From NCBI GenBank assembly GCA_963842945.1, contig CAWJIM010000024.1, forward strand, positions 192,001 to 256,000: 64,000 nt of DNA, written 5' to 3'. Shown here piece after piece: positions 61,921-64,000 of this stretch; position 1 is the first letter of the stretch, and each line of letters begins with the position of its first letter. The notes beneath the pieces are model-generated. The model did no database searches. It worked only from the letters and a program-made list of their open reading frames with translations, and was not told the origin of the DNA. This stretch comes from an uncultured Gemmatimonadales bacterium (GTDB lineage Bacteria; Gemmatimonadota; Gemmatimonadetes; Gemmatimonadales; GWC2-71-9). The translations under genes and the position numbers were made by a program.

Positions 61921-63671
61921 GCGCCACCGAGCCCTACCGCTACTTCCAGCGGACCCAGGAGACCCTGGGGCACCGCTATCGCCTGGAACGCACCGTCGCC
62001 GCTACGCCGGAGCAGGTTCTGTTCGAGGCTCATGACCTGATCCTCAAGCGTCGGATCAGCTTGCGGGTCAACTTCTACGAAGATCCGGCGATACGCGCGT
62101 GGTTTCTGCGTGAAGCCGAGGCGCTCAGTCGACTGGATCACCCGGCGATCCGGCACGTGTACGACGCGGGGATCATCGGCGACCTGGCATTTCGGGTGGG
62201 CAACTGGATCGAGGGAGAGGGACTGCAGCAGGCGCTGCACCGGGGGCCGCGTCCGATTCCCATGGTGCACACGATGGCCCGCGACACCCTGGGCGCGCTG
62301 GAACATGCCCATGGCTACGGCATCATCGTACGGCGGATCGTCCCGCCTTCGGTGATGTTGAGCACCGCGGGGCGGGCCACGATTACCGACCTGCGCTTCT
62401 GCAGTTATACGCTTCCCGCGATTCCGCCCGGAACGGTGCCCATGTCCCTGGCCTACATGGCTCCGGAGGTGCGCGACGGGGCTCCGGGCGATGCCACCAG
62501 CGACGTGTATACCGCGGGGGCCCTGCTCTACGTCGCCATCACCGGCCAGGAACCGGCCCTCGATCCGCGCCAACTTCGCCGGCCCAGCGAGCTCCGGCCC
62601 GCCTGTCCCCGGGCAATCGAACGCATCATTCTCCGCTCGCTGCAGCCGGCCCAGGACGATCGCTACCTGACCGCGGCGGAGATGCTGGAGGACTTCGCCT
62701 CGGACGCCGGGAGCTTCGAGACTCCGGCCGTGGCGGTGGCGCCGGGGTCGCTGGCCGACGCGGAAGACAATGCCCGCTGGGAGAAGCGGCTGCGCCGGGC
62801 GCTGGGCGACGATTACGAGCTGCTCAACCTGCTCGGCACCGGCGGTTTCGGACGGGTGTACCGGGTGCGTGACCTCAGCCTGGAGCGCGAGGTTGCGCTC
62901 AAGGTGCTGCAGCCGCTGCTCACTCGAGACCCCGAGGTGGTGGAGCGCTTCCGGCGCGAAGCCCAGCTGGCTGCCGGCCTCAGTCACCCAAACATTGTCA
63001 ACATTTTCGATATCGGGGGCCGGTCGGGTCTGCTCTGGTACACCATGGAGCTGATCAACGGGCCCAGCCTGGCCCAACTGGTAGAGCGAGAAGGCCCTCT
63101 GCCGCTGGACAAGGTGCTTCGGCTCCTGCGGGAGGCGCTCTCCGCTCTGGCCCACGCCCACGGATCGGGTCTGGTGCACCGCGACATCAAGCCGGAAAAC
63201 ATGCTGATCGATCAGACCGGCAGCCTGCAGATCACCGACTTCGGATTGGCGCTGGCGCTCCGGGGAAAGTACGGGGGTGCCACCAGCCAAAGCGGCACAC
63301 CGCAGTTCGCCAGTCCGGAGCAGCTGCTGGGAGAGCGAGTGGACCAGCGGTCCGATCTGTACAGTCTGGCCGCGGTGGCCTACTACGCTCTGCTGGGCAC
63401 TCCTCCTTTCCCCGGATTGACCACGGAACAGGTGCTGGCAAAACAAACGACGAATCAGTTCCCCACATCGAGAGGGCAGCGCGACGATGTGAGCGAGGCG
63501 CTCGAGCGGGTGCTGGATCGGGCACTCCGGGCGGACGTGAGCGAGCGCTATCCGTCGGCGGCCGAGTTCCTCCAGGCGGTCAACCAGGCCGCGGGAGCGC
63601 CCGGACGAGAGCCGGTGACCGACTGGGCCCGGGCAGCAGCCCGGTGGTTTCGCGGCTCCCCCCTTGACTAA
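61917..63671 (+). CDS. Ser/Thr protein kinase with tandem kinase-like domains
   Basis: C-domain G.GGFG, VALK, HRDIKPEN, DFG, SPE; N-domain degenerate; start uncertain (61872 or CTG 61917). Confidence 0.85.
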   Translation: MSATEPYRYFQRTQETLGHRYRLERTVAATPEQVLFEAHDLILKRRISLRVNFYEDPAIRAWFLREAEALSRLDHPAIRHVYDAGIIGDLAFRVGNWIEGEGLQQALHRGPRPIPMVHTMARDTLGALEHAHGYGIIVRRIVPPSVMLSTAGRATITDLRFCSYTLPAIPPGTVPMSLAYMAPEVRDGAPGDATSDVYTAGALLYVAITGQEPALDPRQLRRPSELRPACPRAIERIILRSLQPAQDDRYLTAAEMLEDFASDAGSFETPAVAVAPGSLADAEDNARWEKRLRRALGDDYELLNLLGTGGFGRVYRVRDLSLEREVALKVLQPLLTRDPEVVERFRREAQLAAGLSHPNIVNIFDIGGRSGLLWYTMELINGPSLAQLVEREGPLPLDKVLRLLREALSALAHAHGSGLVHRDIKPENMLIDQTGSLQITDFGLALALRGKYGGATSQSGTPQFASPEQLLGERVDQRSDLYSLAAVAYYALLGTPPFPGLTTEQVLAKQTTNQFPTSRGQRDDVSEALERVLDRALRADVSERYPSAAEFLQAVNQAAGAPGREPVTDWARAAARWFRGSPLD

Positions 63672-63879
63672 CTACGCTGGTTATACAAATTTGTCCCCGC
63701 GATTAGAACCCAGTTGCAGGTCTGACCGATCGGAATCTTTTTCGAATGGCGTTCAAGACCCGGGACATCGCCTCGGGTCTTTTCATTTTTTATGACGCAG
63801 GACAGGCCTGCGCTCATAAAAACTCGGCATTCCGGATATTCCGGAGCCGACGCAGTCAAATAAACATGGAGTAGTCTCA

Positions 63880-64000
63880 ATGGCTCGCACCATCGGCACG
63901 GTGAAGTGGTTCAATGATGCAAAGGGTTTTGGTTTTATCACCCCGGAGAATGGGGACAAGGATTGTTTCGTCCACCACACCGCCATCAAGGCGGAAGGCT
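63880..64000 (+). CDS. cold-shock protein (runs off the window end)
   Basis: [28 protein letters not shown]. Confidence 0.93.
   Translation, partial: MARTIGTVKWFNDAKGFGFITPENGDKDCFVHHTAIKAEG

Noticed and set aside
1..64000. Mass pseudogenisation or programmed frameshifting
   Set aside because: Single-base shifts hit many unrelated, otherwise well-conserved genes (spt, actB, actE, pilT, dinB), several in short homopolymers; sequencing error is the simplest explanation. Reads are needed to confirm.

Overview
GC-rich bacterial chromosomal segment. Gene content (alternative complex III, M6/M28 peptidases, eukaryote-like Ser/Thr kinase) suggests Gemmatimonadota, but this is inference. Many otherwise conserved genes carry single-base frameshifts, most simply read as uncorrected long-read errors, so several CDS coordinates span a frameshift. 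Core genes: a putative ceramide operon (spt, bCerS-like GNAT, CerR-like reductase, PAP2/IPC-synthase-like), actABCDEF, pilT, dinB, glnA-amtB-glnK, queC/queE/queF, gltA, speA and a signalling cluster. Non-genic structure is the most notable part. (1) Two minus-strand clusters of attC sites with gene cassettes and no integrase in the window (about 29.8-32.7 kb and 39.0-45.5 kb). (2) A dispersed GCGTGAGCGGG repeat family with roughly 20-22 bp spacing that supplies stop codons; in inverted orientation it brackets either a four-helix-bundle gene (49.6-50.2 kb) or only a hairpin (10.1-10.3 kb). (3) Other 7/8-mer tandem repeats and REP-like palindromes. (4) A uORF plus terminator leader upstream of glnA. 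No rRNA, tRNA or CRISPR array was recognised.
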